A stretch of 64,000 nt of DNA from Squalus acanthias (lineage: Eukaryota), in contig CM059431.1 of assembly GCA_030390025.1 (NCBI GenBank), forward strand, positions 112,470,001 to 112,534,000, in the 5' to 3' direction. The translations under genes and the position numbers were made by a program. Under the pieces are notes generated by a model. The model saw nothing but the letters and a program-made list of their open reading frames with translations. It did no database searches and was not told the origin of the DNA. Of the stretch, positions 26,127-39,105 are shown one piece after another. Each line of letters opens with the position of its first letter. Position 1 is the first letter of the stretch.

Positions 26127-26809
26127 CCAAAAGATGGGTCCAGAGGAAGTGTAAATGGTTACAGCAGAATTGCAGAGGGGGGCGAGGGGTAGCATGGAAA
26201 ATCTGGCAAAGAGAAGGCCGATAATGTGGCAGAAGAAAGGCAAGTAGACCCCAGGAGTGCGGTCCACCCCGCTGACCTGATAGGGGATCTCCACACCAAG
26301 GACCAGCCAGCACCTTCTCCACTCCCAGTGGCTCTGGTGCAGCCTTTGTAGTTATTTAATTTTTCAATGTCCGCATGATATTACGCATTTATTAAATGCT
26401 TTGGCTGTAACATTTTTCTGATCTATTATTTATATCAAATTTATCATTTCCATGTCGCTCGCATTAATTGTTCGCTGAGCAGCAGTATATTTAGCTAAAT
26501 GTCCTCGGATGTAAACATCTGGATTCCTCTTCAGCTGCTCCACAGATATCCTTGCTGATTTTACTGTTACAGACACCCCTCCCACCTGGACTCCCCACTG
26601 GGGGTCGGAGTCCCACCGGGAGTCCGGAAAAAGCATTTAAATTAGCCTGACCACGAAAAATTTGCTGAGGTCAGTAGCAGCCAAGTCCTGCTAACTTCCC
26701 ATCAGGAATTCGCCAAAGAAAATCCTGCAATGGTTCTCATCATCCTATGCTGCTACTTAGCGATTTCAACATTGCCTGTAATACATGATGGTGCTGCAGG
26801 CGACAGACA

Positions 26810-27880
26810 CAGGGTCAGTCCCTGGGAAATGGGCCGGAGTCAGGGTGGGACCAGGGCAGTGGCCAGAAGTGGGCCGGGGTCATGGTGGGGTCAAGGTAGC
26901 GGGCAAATAATCATGACGGTGCAGCAGGGGATGGGCGCAGGTTCAGTCACTGGAAAATGGCCTGGGGCCATGGTGGGATCAGGGCAGCGGGCAGAAGTGG
27001 GCCGGGGTCATGGTGGGATCAGGGCAGTGGGCAGAAGTGGGCCGGGGTCATGGTGGGATCAGGGCAGTGGGCAGGGATCATGGTGGGATCAGGGCGGTGG
27101 GCAGAAGTGGGCTGGGGTCATGCTGGGATCAGGGCGGTGGGCAGAAGTGGGCAGCGATCATGGTGGGATCAGGGCAGTGGGCAGAAGTGGGCCGGGGTCA
27201 TGGTGGGATCAGGGCAGCGGGCAGAAGTGGGCCGGGGTCATGGTGGGATCAGGGCAGTGGGCAGAAGTGGGCAGCGATCATGGTGGGATCAGGGCAGTGG
27301 GCAGAAGTGGGCAGCGATCATGGTGGGATCAGGGCAGTGGGCAGAAGTGGGCCGGGGTCATGGTGGGATCAGGGCAGCGGGCAGAAGTGAGCCGGGGTCA
27401 TGGTGGGATCAGGGCAGCGGGCAGAAGTGGGCAGTGATCATGGTGGGATCAGGGCAGTGGGCAGAAGTGGGCCGGGGTCATGGTGGGATCAGGGCAGCGG
27501 GCAGAAGTGAGCAGGGGTCATGGTGGGATCAGAGCAGTGGGCCGGGGTCATGGTGGGATCAGGGCAGTGGGCAGGGATCATGGTGGGATCAGAGCAGTGG
27601 GCCGGGGTCATGGTGGGATCAGGGCAGTGGGCAGGGATCATGGTGGGATCAGAGCAGTGGGCCGGGGACATGGTGGGATCAGGGCAGAGTGGGCTGGGGT
27701 CATGGTGGGATCAGGGCGGTGGGCAGAAGTGGGCAGGGGTCATGGTGGGATCAGGGCGGTGGGCAAAAGTGGGCTGGGGTCATGGTGGGATCAGAGCAGT
27801 GGGCAGGCGTCATGGTGGGATCAGGGCAGCGGGCAGAAGTGGGCTGAGGTCATGGTGGGATTAGGGCAGTGGGCAGAAGT
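26810..27880. repeat. G-rich minisatellite, 40-bp unit with 30-bp variants
   Basis: Unit GGTCATGGTGGGATCAGGGCAGTGGGCAGAAGTGGGCCGG; regular array ~26960-27880. Confidence 0.95.
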
Positions 27881-28646
27881 TCCACCAACTCTTGATGGAG
27901 TTTATAAGATCACAAGATAAACTCATTCAGCCCATCTTAGCGCATCCAACCAAAAGAAAACTTGCAGACTTGATTAGCTATCTAACTCTATCTTGAATAA
28001 ATCTAACGTTAACACCTTCACTACCCTACCAAAAAACTCAATCTAAGTGTAGATCACGCATTGCTTGAAGTTCTTCTTGTCATCTGTCCTAAGTTGTCCT
28101 CTTGAAAGTTTTAGGCTGTACCCTCTTATTCTAGTGTCTTGACTTACCCTGACGTAATACACCAGATTTATTTTAATTATACCAATTAGTAACTTGCAAA
28201 CGTGTAAATGGTCCCCTCTCAGCCATCACCTTTGATGCCTGAGATCAGCTTTTTCCGTGGCTTGAATGTTGCCTGACCTGCCGAGTGTTTCCAGTATTTT
28301 CTGTGCCTCTTAATAGATATTACATTATAATCAACTTATCTCTGTGACAAAAAAAAATGGTGTCTTTTTTTAGCTTGGCAGTGATTCCTTTAATTGAGTC
28401 ACAATACGTAAAGAAGTAAAAACCAGTTACATTTACAATCTTTGTCCCGAGCCTAACTTGATTCAAATATTGTAAGGACTTAAGTTCAGTTGTCTTTGAC
28501 ATTAACTTGAGGGAAGAGTCAAGCTATACATTCAAACAAAAATATACTGCATGATTTCTTTATTTATGTGCGTAATTGAAAACTCCTTTGGATTTAGCTG
28601 ACATTTATTGAAATCTATAAACTCCAGTAATTATTACAGAATCTAT

Positions 28647-31600
28647 GGGTGCGATCTTGCCAGCCCTGGGGAGGCGGGTTTGGAGGCGGGACTGTCGGGG
28701 AAATGGCAGGATTTGGGGGCGGGTGCCCAACCCGCCTCCATGCCATCTTGCCAGGAGGCGGGTAGCCGTCCCGCGCCGGGTCCCGTCTCCTTGGAGGCGG
28801 GAAGGGATTACAGCCACTTAACTGCCTGTTAACAACAGGTAGTTAACAGACAGAAAATAGGATTATCCTCTTTTTGCCCACACAAGTGCGAGCTTCCCGA
28901 AGGCTCCGAACCCCGCCAGGGTCACCGAGGCGAGTAAACATAGAAACATAGAAGATAGGAGTAGGCCATTCAGCCCCTCGAGCCTGCTCCGCCATTCAAT
29001 GCGATCATGGCTGATCATCCAAATTCAGTACCCTGTCCCTGCTTTCTCCCCATATCCCTTGATCCCCTTAGCCTTAAGAAATATATCTAACTCCTTCTTG
29101 AATCTATTTAATGAATTGGCCTCAACTGCCTTCTGTGGTAGAGAATTCCACAGGTTCACTACTCTCTGGGTGAAGAAAATCCTCCTCATCTCAGTCCTAA
29201 ATGGCTTACCCCTTATCCTTAGACTGTGACCCCAGGTTCTGGACTCTCCCGCCATTGGGAACAGCCTTCCTGCATCTAGTCTGTCTAGTCCTGTTAGAAT
29301 TTTATAAGTTTCAATGAGATCCCCTCTCATTCTTCTAAACTCTAGCGAATATAAGCCTAATCGACCCAATCTCTCTTCATACGTCAATCCTGCCATCCCA
29401 GGTATCAGTCTGGTGAATCTTCGCTGCACTCCCTCCATGGCAAGAACAGCCTTCCTCAGATAAGGCGACCAAAACTGCACACAATACTCAAGGTGTGGTC
29501 TCTGCCTTGTACAACTGCAGCAAGACATCCTTGCTCCTGTACTCGAATCCTCTCGCTATGAAGGCCAACATACCATTTGCCTTCTTAACCTCCTGCTGCA
29601 GCTGCATGCTTACCTTCAGCGACTGGTGCACAAGGACACCCAGGTCTCGTTGCACTTCCCCTTTTCCCAATCTATTGCCGTTCAGATAATAATCTGCCTT
29701 CCTGTTTTTGCCACCGAAGTGGATAACCTCGCATTTATCCACATTATACTGCATCTGCCCAATCACCCAACCTGTCCAAATCATACTGGAGTTTCTCTGC
29801 ATCCTCCTCACAGCACGCACGCCCACCCGGCTTTGTGTCGTCTGCAAACTTGGAGATATTACATCTAGTTCCCTTATCTAGATCATTAATATATATTGTG
29901 AATAACTGGGGTCCTAGCACCGATCCCTGCGGTACCCCACTAGTCACTGCCTGCCACTCGGAAAAAGACCCGTTTATTCCAACTCTTTGCTTCCTGTGTG
30001 CCAACCAGTTTTCTATCCAAGTCAGTACCTTACCCCCAATCTCATGTGCTTTAACTTTGCACGCTAATCTCTTATGTGGGACCTTATCGAAAGCCTTCTG
30101 AAAGTCCAAATACACCACATCCACTGGTTCTCCCTTATCTATTCTACCAGTTACATCCTCAAAAAATTCAGTAGATTCGTCAAGCATGATTTACCCTTTG
30201 TAAATCCATGTTGACTTTGTCCGATCCTGTCACTGTTTTCCAAGTGCTCTGCTATTACATCTTCTATAATGGACTCTAGCATTTTCCCCACTACCGATGT
30301 CAGGCTTACCGGTCTAATTCCCCATTTTCTCTCTGCCACCTTTTTTAAATAGTGGGGTTACATTAGCTACCCTCCAATCCATGGGAACTGTTCCAGAATC
30401 TATAGAATTTTGGAAGATGACCAGCAATGCATCTACTATTTCTAGGGCCACTTCCTTAAGTACCCTAGGATGTAGATTATCAGGCCCTGGGGATTTATTG
30501 GCCTTCAATCCCATCAATTTCCCTAACACCATTTCCCTACAAATACTGATTTCATTCAGATCCTCCCTCTCATTAGACCCTATGTTCCTCGACATCTCTG
30601 GGAGTTTATTTGTGTCCTCCTTTGTGAAGACAGAAACATAGTATGTATTTAATTGGATGCCATTTCTTTGTTCCCCATTATAAATTCCCCTGATTCTGAC
30701 TGCAAGGGACCTACGCTTGACTTCACCAATCTTTTTCTCTTCACATATCTATAGAAGCTTTTACAGTCAGTTTTTATATTCCCTGAAAGCTTACTCTCAT
30801 ACTCTATTTCCCCCCTCTTAATTATTCCCTTTGTCCTCCTTTGCTGAATCCTAAACTGCTCCCAATCCTCAGGTTTGCTGCTTTTTCTGGCCAATTTATA
30901 TGTCCTCTCCTTGGATCTTATGCTATCCCTAATTTCCCTTGTTAGCCACGGTTGAGTCACCTTTTTTGTTTTATTTTTATGCCAAATAGGGATGAACAAA
31001 TTCTGTAGTTCATCCATGCGATCTTTAAATTTTTGCCATTGCCTATCCACCATCAACCCTTTAAGTAACATTCCCCAATCCATCCTAGCCAACTCGCGCC
31101 TCATACCATCGTAGATTCCTTTATTTAAATTCAGTACCCTAGTCTCTGAGTCAACTACTACTTCACTCTCCATCTTAATGAAGAATTCGATCATATTATG
31201 ATCGCTCCTCCCCAAGGGGCCTTGCACAACAAGATTGCTAATTAATCCTTTCTCATTACATAATATCCAGTCTAAGATGGCCTGATCTCTAGTTGGTTCT
31301 TCGGCATATTGGTCCAGGAAACCATCCCGTATACACTCTAGGAATTCCTCTTCCACAGTATTGTTACTAATTTGGTTAGCCCAATCTATATGTAGATTAA
31401 AGTCACCCATGATAACTGCTGTGCCCTTATTGCACGCATCTCTAATTTCTCATTTAATGCCATCCCCAACCTCAGCATTACTGTTTGGGGGTCTGTATAC
31501 AACTCCCACTAACGTTTTCTGCCCCTTGGTATTTCTCAGCTCTACCCATACATATTCGACATCATCAGAGCTAATATCTTTCCTTACTATTGTGTTAATC

Positions 31601-33863
31601 TCCTCTTTAACCAGCAATGCTACCCCACCTCCTTTTCCTTTTTTCCTGTCCTTCCTGAATATTGACTACCCCTGGATGTTGAATTCCCAGCCTTGGTCAC
31701 CCTGGAGCCATGTCTCCGTAATCCCAATTATGTCATTTATCAATTATATCCGTTTACATTTATTTGCACAGCTAATTCATCCACCTTATTACGAATGCTC
31801 CTGACATTAAGACACAAAGCCTTCAGGCTTGTTTTTTTTAACACTCTTAGACCTTTTAGAATTATTGTTTACTTTGGCCATGTTTGATTTACACCCTTGA
31901 TTTCTCTGACTTCCACTTTTGCTTTTCTCCTTCCTGTCTTTTGCTTCTATCCTTGCTTCCCTTTCCTCTGTCTCCCTGCACAGGTTCCCAACCCCCTGCC
32001 ATTTTAGTTTAAACCCTCCCCAACAGCACTAGCAAACACTCCCCCTAGGACATCGGTCCCGGTCCTGCCCAGGTGCAAACCGTCCAGTTTGTACTGGTCC
32101 CACCTCCCCCAGAACCAGTTCCAATATCCCAGGAATTTGAATCCCTCCCCCTTGCACCATTCTTCTAGCCACGTATTCATCTGAAATATCCTTCTATTTC
32201 TACTCTGACTAGTACGTGGCACTGGTAGCAATCCTGAGGTCCTATTTTTTAATTTACCTCCTAACTCCCTATATTCAGCTTTTCGGACCTCATCCCATTT
32301 TTTATCTATATCGTTGGTACCTATAAGCACCACGACAACTGGCTGTTCACCCTCCCCCTCCAGAATGCCCTGCAGCCGCTCAGACATCCTTGACCCTTGC
32401 ACCAGGGAGGCAACATACCATCCTGGAGTCTCGTTTGCGGCCGCAGAAACACCTATCTATTCCCCTTACAATAGAATCCCCATATCACTACAGCTCTCCC
32501 GCTCTTTTTCCTCCCGTCCTGTGCAGCAGAACCACACATGTTGCCAGGAAGTTCGGTTGCTGCTGCCTTCCTCCGATAATCCATCCTCAACAATATCCAA
32601 AGCGCTATATCTGTTGGAGAGGGGGATGGCCACAGGGGACCCCTGCACTACCTGCCTGCGCCTACTACTCTGCCTGGCGGTCACCCATTCCCTTCCTGCC
32701 TGTGCAGCCTTTACCTGCGGTGTGACCAACTCACTAAACGTGATATCCACGACGTCCTCAGCATTTCGAATGCTCCAGTATGTATCCATTCGCAGCTCCA
32801 GCGCCGCAATGCGGTCTGCCAATAGCTGCAGCTGGATACACTTCCCACACACATGGTCGTCAGGGACACAGGAAGTGTCCCTGATTTCCCACATAGTGCA
32901 GGAGGAGCATGCCATGGGGCCGAGCTGTGCTGCCATGACTTACCCTTTAATTAATTTAAATTAAATCAAATCAATACCACAAATTACACTACAATTAAAT
33001 GATAGTCAAGGGCCCTTGTTTACTAGCACTCTCCGCTACACAACAGAGACCTTAGAAACTATAACCGCTAAATTAAGACCTTCTAAACTTTATAAACTAT
33101 TAACCTTAACTGTCAAACTATAGAGTAGTATAAATACTCACCTGGCCGTACTCACCCAATCAGCTGCTTCCTCTTGCCCGCGTCACTTTTTGAATCGTGA
33201 CGTGGCTCTGGAACGCCGCCGCCAGTCTGCGAGATTGGTAAGCCTTTGTAAAAAGTCCGCAAAAGTGAGTTTAAATACTCACTGTACCGTCGCTCTCTCC
33301 GCTCCCAACACTGACCTCTGAAAAAAGCAATAGTGGGTCTGCGGGGGTCGAAGGGGTCCAAAAGTGGAGGTGAGTGATGGGTGCAAGTGTGGAGAGGTGA
33401 GTATCTGAGGTAAGTGCAAAGTGTTAGAAAAAGTGTACTTACCTTTGTTTCTTCCTGCAGGCTTCAATCGGTGGGTATGCAGAGAGTCTCGCACCTCCAC
33501 AGTAGAGATGACAGATGGCCGTTGCATTCTCCAATGCAACAACCATCTAATTTATGCAAAAGAAAGAGGTTTGATGAGTTCTTGTATTCAAGAACTCATC
33601 AAACTACAGAGAATGTCAGTGTTTGACGGCTTCACAGAGCTGTCAAACGATGACAATTCATCTGTTGACAGATGAAACATCATACGTTGACGTTCTCTGT
33701 AACCGGCTTTCCCTTAATAGGCCTGCTAAGCCCGCTGGGTGGGCTTAACAAGGTCAATCAAGGGAAAATAGCGTGGGTTGGCCAAAAGTTGATGGAGGCG
33801 GGACTGAAACCCGACAAGTGGGAGTCCCGCCTCCAAAAGCTCCCCATTGAGAAAATCCAGCCC
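28647..33863. mobile_element. Non-autonomous Harbinger element split by a full-length CR1
   Basis: Termini GGGTGCGATCTT (28647) and GAAAATCCAGCCC (33851-33863); halves homologous to the ends of 24592-25463. Confidence 0.6.
28937..33319 (-). mobile_element. Near full-length CR1 LINE
   Basis: ORF1 32936-32004 (CSSCTMWE...CGKC, esterase); ORF2 pieces 31410-29025 (GDFN, SDHN, FADD); octamer tail CATAGAAACATAG on +. Confidence 0.92.
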
Positions 33864-34087
33864 ATAGAATCATACAGCACAGAAGGAGCCCATTCAGCCC
33901 ATCGTGCCTGTGCTGGCTCTTTGAAAGAGCTATCCAATTAGTCCCATTCCCCTGCTCTTTCCCCATAGCCCTGCAAATGTTTCCTCTTCAAGTATATATT
34001 CAATTCCCTTTTGAAAGTTACTATTGAATCTGCTTCCTCTACCCTTTCAGGCAGTGCATTCCAGATCATAACAACTCGCTGCATAAG
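33864..34087 (-). mobile_element. CR1 3' end fragment
   Basis: Reverse complement of the 12320-12548 3' end. Confidence 0.8.
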
Positions 34088-34679
34088 GTGAGTTAGTTCC
34101 TACAATAGATAAGAACATAGGAAAAGAATAGCTATATATACAGAAGTTTAATTATAGAATATATAGATTAGTATAGAGATTACAAACCACATTGTAGACA
34201 GAAAGTGCATGTAGTCATAAAATATTAGTACAAAATAGATGGAAACCAAGAAAATATAATTGAAAAAGTAAGATTAGTCAGAGTGGAAAATAGTGGGCAA
34301 AAGATAATCAGCACGACTCAAATTTAATAACAACTTATGGAATCTGCTGGAGATCACAACGCCACGAATTGCTAATGATAAAACAGCTCAGTAGTATTAA
34401 CACAAAAATGGTGCTAAGTTTCCACCCCATTCACAAACATCCAGAAATTGATGGGCACAGGGAGTGGGTCTTAAGTCGCCCCAGTTACATTCCACCAGCA
34501 CGTTTAGGTATGTGTCTGGGAATGTTTTTGGGCTATTCTGGGTATCCCAACAGATGTGTTTCTTATAGGCCCAGTGACACCTATGTCTGCTGGGGGCATG
34601 TGTAGATGCCATTCTGAGCCATAGATTGGCCTCATCACCGAGGAATTAAATAGAAATTGATCCCAGAGCAATCAATGGA

Positions 34680-35700
34680 AGACAACAACTTGCCTTTAAT
34701 GCTTCTAAAGTAGAAAAACATCCCAAAGCACTTCACAGAGGTGTAATTATTATAAAAAGAGATGTTGAGCTAAAGAAGGAGATATTATGGATGGTGATTC
34801 AGGAAGGATTTAAGAAAGGTCTTAAAGGAGGACAGGGAGGTGAAGAGGTGGCGGGTTTAGGAAGGGAATTCTAGAGAGTGAGGCCTAGGCAGCTGAAGGC
34901 ATGGCCCCAGTGGTGGGGTGAAGGGAGGGGAAGAGGAACGAGAGGCCAGAGTGAGAGGAAGGTGAGCTCAGAGGGAGGTGGGGTGGGGGGGGGCTTGTAG
35001 GACTAGAAAAGGTTGCAGAGATAGGGAGGGGTAAGTCTATGAAGGGATTTAAACATGAAGATGAGAATTTTAAATGGAAGGTGTTGGGGCACCGGGAACT
35101 AATGTAGGTCAGTGAGGAAAGGAGTGATGGGTGAGTGGGACTTGGTGCAGGGTAGGACACAGGCAGCAGAGTTGATGGCCAGGAGAGCATTGGAATAGTT
35201 GAGTCTGGAGGTGACAAAGGCAGATGGACTGAGGTAGGGGCAGAGGTGGGCGATGTTGCAGAGGTGGAAACAAGTGGTCTTTGTGACAGAGAGGATAAGG
35301 GGTCGGAAGCAGAAGTTGTAAGCGGTCTGGTTCAGCCTGAGACTGTGGTTGGGGAGGGGGGTGGACTCGGTGGAAAGGGTACAGAGCTTGTGGCAGGGGC
35401 TGGAGATGGCGGCTTCGGTGTTTAATGTTTAACAAAGGAAATTGAGGCTCATCCAGACTGAATGTTGGACAAGCTGCCTAGAAGCACCGAGTCAATGATG
35501 GGTTTGAGATGTGTGGTGAAGAGGTAAAGCTGGGTGTTGTCAGTGTACATGTGGAAACTGAGGCCAATAGGCAACATGTAGATGAGGAATGAGGGGGGGC
35601 GGATGGGTTTGGCAAAGATAGATCTTTGGAGACTCCGGAAGTAACAGTGTGGGGGTGGGTAGAGAAGCCATCGCTGGAAATTCTCTGATTATGATTAAAT
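34680..35700 (-). mobile_element. L2-like LINE 3' fragment
   Basis: Decayed C-terminal coding similarity; CAAGTTGTTG-type tail. Confidence 0.65.
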
Positions 35701-37041
35701 AGGATCGATGTTACGGGAACGGTAGTATAGTGGTTATGCTACTGGACTAGTAATCCAGAGGCCTGGACAAATGATCCAGAGACAAGAGTTCAAATCCCAC
35801 CACAGCAGCTGTGGAATTTAAATTCAGTTAATTAAATAAATCTGGAATAAAAAGCTAGTGACCATGAAACTATCAGATTGTTGTAAAAACCCATCTGGTT
35901 CACTAATGTCCTTTAGGGAAGCAAATCTGCTGTCCTTACCCGGTCTGGCCTATATGTCAATCCAGACCCAGAGCAATGTAGTTGACTCTTAACTGCCCTC
36001 TGAAATGGCAAAGCAAGCCACTCCGTTGTAACAAACCGCTATGAAAAACAATAAGAAAAATTTAAAAAACGGACGGACCACCCGGCATCAACCTCGGCAT
36101 CGGCTACGGACACAACAATGGCACACCCAGCCCAGTTGACCCTGCAAAATCCTCCTCACCAACATCTGGGGACTTCTGCCAAAATTGGGAGAGCTGTCCC
36201 ACAGACTAGTCAAGCAACAGCCTGACATAGTCATACTCACAGAATCATACCTTTCAGCCAAGGTCCCAAACTCCTCCATCACCATCCCTGGGTATGTCCT
36301 GTCCCACCGGCAGGACAGACCCACCAGGGGTGGCTGCACAGTGGTACAGTCGGGAGGGAGTGGCCCTGGGAGTCGTCAACATTGACTCCGGACCCCATGA
36401 AGTCTCCACCTACAGCCCTCCCTCAGCTGATGAATCAGTACTCCTCCATGTTGAACACCAGTTGGAAGAAGCACTGAGTAGCAAGGGCACAGAATGTACA
36501 TTGGTTGGGGGACTTCAATGTCCATCACCAAGAGTGGCTCGGTAGCACCACTATTGATCGTGCTGGCTGAGTCCTGAAAGACATAGCTGCCAAACTGGGC
36601 CTGCAGAAGGTGGTGAGAGAACCAACATGAGGGAAAAACCTACTTAACCTCGTCCTCACTAATCTACCTGTCGCAGTTGCATCTGTCCATGACAGCATTC
36701 GTAGCAGTGACCGCAGCAGTCACTCTGGAGAACAAAGTCCCGTCTTCACACTGAGGACACACTCCATCGTGTTGTGTGGCACTACCACCGTGCTAAATGG
36801 AATAGATTCAGAACAGGTCTAGCAACTCAAAACTGGGCATCCATGAGGCACTGTGGGCCAGCAGCAGAATTGCATTCCACCACAATCTGTAACCTCATGT
36901 CCTGGCATATCCCTCAAGCCAGGGGACCAACCTTGGTTCCATAAGGAGTGTAGAAGAGCAAGCCAAGAGCAGCACCAGTCATACCTAAAAATGAGGTGCC
37001 ACCTGGGGAAACTGCAACACAGGACCACATGCATGCTAAAC

Positions 37042-39105
37042 CAACGGTTCCCAACCTGTGGTCCGCGGACCACCAGTGGTCTGCGAGGGTACTGCAGGTG
37101 GTCCGTGAAAAAAAATAATTATGATACTGTAATAATATCATCATGTGTACCTCGTATGTATCATGCGAAATTACATTATTATTCGCAATGTAATATGCTT
37201 CACAAACATCCTTGTGATTCTCTGAATTTTAATAGTGTGGCGCTTTTGCGTGACGTCAATGTGAACCGACGCTCTTAGAAAATTCGACGGTTAGAGCGCG
37301 GGAATCAAAAAATGGATCGGTGGCTTTTATCTTTCACGCGTAAGCGAACTCTCTACTATGGTAAAAATGACAGTGAGACATCAGCAAATGAAACTCAGCA
37401 CAACAAAGTAAGCGAAAAGTGAGGAGAAAATACAGCAGTGAATACTTAAAACTGGGATTTACTTACACTGGAACTGAGAACGAACCGTTACCAGTATGTG
37501 TCCTGTGCTATGATGTTCTGTCGAATGAAAGCCTAAAGCCCGCTAATCTTCGCCGTCATCTTGAGACTAAGCATGGGGAATACGTGTCCAAGCCAATTGG
37601 ATTTTTTTACAACCAGCTCAATGAATTTCAACGTAGCAAGACAATTATGGAATGCACATCTAAAGGCAGTGATAATGCTAAGGCGGTGGAGGCCTCGTAC
37701 CGGGTAGCTAAGCTCATAGCAAAGACAGGGAAGCCGCACACAATTGGGGAGGAGTTGATATTGCCAGCGGCTAAGGAGATGGTGGGTGTTATGCTGGGAG
37801 AGGGGGCCTGCAAGCAAATTAACATGATTTCATTGTCGGATAACACAGTTCAACGCAGAATTGATGAGATGGCTCAGGACTTGTGTGATCAGCTAATAGC
37901 GAGAATGCAAGCGAGTCGTTTTTATGCACTTCAACTGGATGAATCAACGGACATTGCAAACCTTTCAAACCTGATCACCTATGTAAGGTACGAACACAAT
38001 GGAGAGATACAGGAGGACTTTCTCTTTTGTAAATCATTGCCCACACGCTCAACTGCAGAGGCTATTTTTGGAATGTTGAACAGTTTCATTATTGAAAATG
38101 GGATTGATTGGTCAAAATGAGGTGAGAATTTTTTTACTGGACTCAAAGTTTGAACTTTCACATCGCTTCGGTGATTTTCAGTGGCTTGCCAAATTGGCAT
38201 ATATGGCAGATATTTTCAATCACTTGAATGGTCTCAATCTGCGTCTTCAGGGAAAATCAGTGACATTCTTTCATGTGCAGGGCAAAATAGAAGCGATGAT
38301 CAAGAAAATAGAGATGTGGGCCAAACGACTTGAGCAGTCAAATTACAACTCGTTTGCGAATCTGTCTGATTTTTTGGTCACGGCAGAGACGCAGCTTCCA
38401 AACAGTGTGAAACATATCATCAGAGAGCACCTCCAAAGTTTGAAAATAAACCTACGCAAGTACTTCCCTGTGCCTGACACAAAATTCAACTGGATACGAA
38501 ATCCCTTTGCGAGCCTTGATGATGACATCCTCGCAAGCCTGACCTCGACAGAGCAAGACAGCCTTGTGGAACTGTCCTGTGACAGTGATTTAAAGCAGGA
38601 TTTTTCTCAACAATACCTGACTGACTTTTGGCTTAAAGTTGCTTCGGAATATCCAGCACTGTCCGACAAGGCAGTAAAGTTTCTAATGCCTTTTCCCACA
38701 ACCTACCTTTGCGAAATTGGATTTTCTGCGCTTGTTGCATTGAAGACCAAATACCGGAATAAACTTCACGTTGAACCAGATCTCCGATTGAGACTGTCAT
38801 CGCTGGAACCTGACATCCAGCGTTTGACGTCTGTGAAACAACATCAGCCTTCTCATTAGGTAAGTGTTATCTTTTCCCCACTGGTAGGCCTACTGCAGGT
38901 AAATGTGCTGTGACGAGTGCAATGTATTTGTGAGTGAGCATAATAAATTATTAAAAACAGCTGCGTTTTTAATACCTGTTGATATACAAGTTTGACTCCA
39001 GTCAGCCACAGGCTATGTTAAAAATGTTTTAAATGGCTAGTGGTCCGCAAAAGCTTTTGATGACGATGTAGTGGTCCGCATAAAGGTAAAGGTTGGGAAC
39101 CGCTG
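37042..39105 (+). mobile_element. hAT (Charlie/Buster-type) DNA transposon, internally deleted
   Basis: 16-bp TIR CAACGGTTCCCAACCT / AGGTTGGGAACCGCTG (1 mismatch); 8-bp TSD TGCTAAAC (37034-37041, 39106-39113). Confidence 0.95.
37312..38859 (+). pseudogene. hAT transposase (BED-like finger, first catalytic D, hATC dimerisation domain)
   Basis: MDRWL start; CVLC...LRRHLETKH; LQLDESTD; PTTYLCEIGFS; 5' frameshift and a deletion at ~38117. Confidence 0.9.

Noticed and set aside
26960..27880. CRISPR-like array
   Set aside because: Head-to-tail tandem units with no unique spacers; eukaryotic context; no cas genes
26730..27920. Long Gly/Trp-rich ORFs (235 and 296 aa), one with a signal-peptide-like start
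   Set aside because: All three forward frames are open because of the stop-free minisatellite; no coding evidence
37419..38859. Domesticated ZBED5/SCAND3-like host gene
   Set aside because: Bounded by TIRs and TSD inside a LINE, frameshifted and lacking the catalytic core
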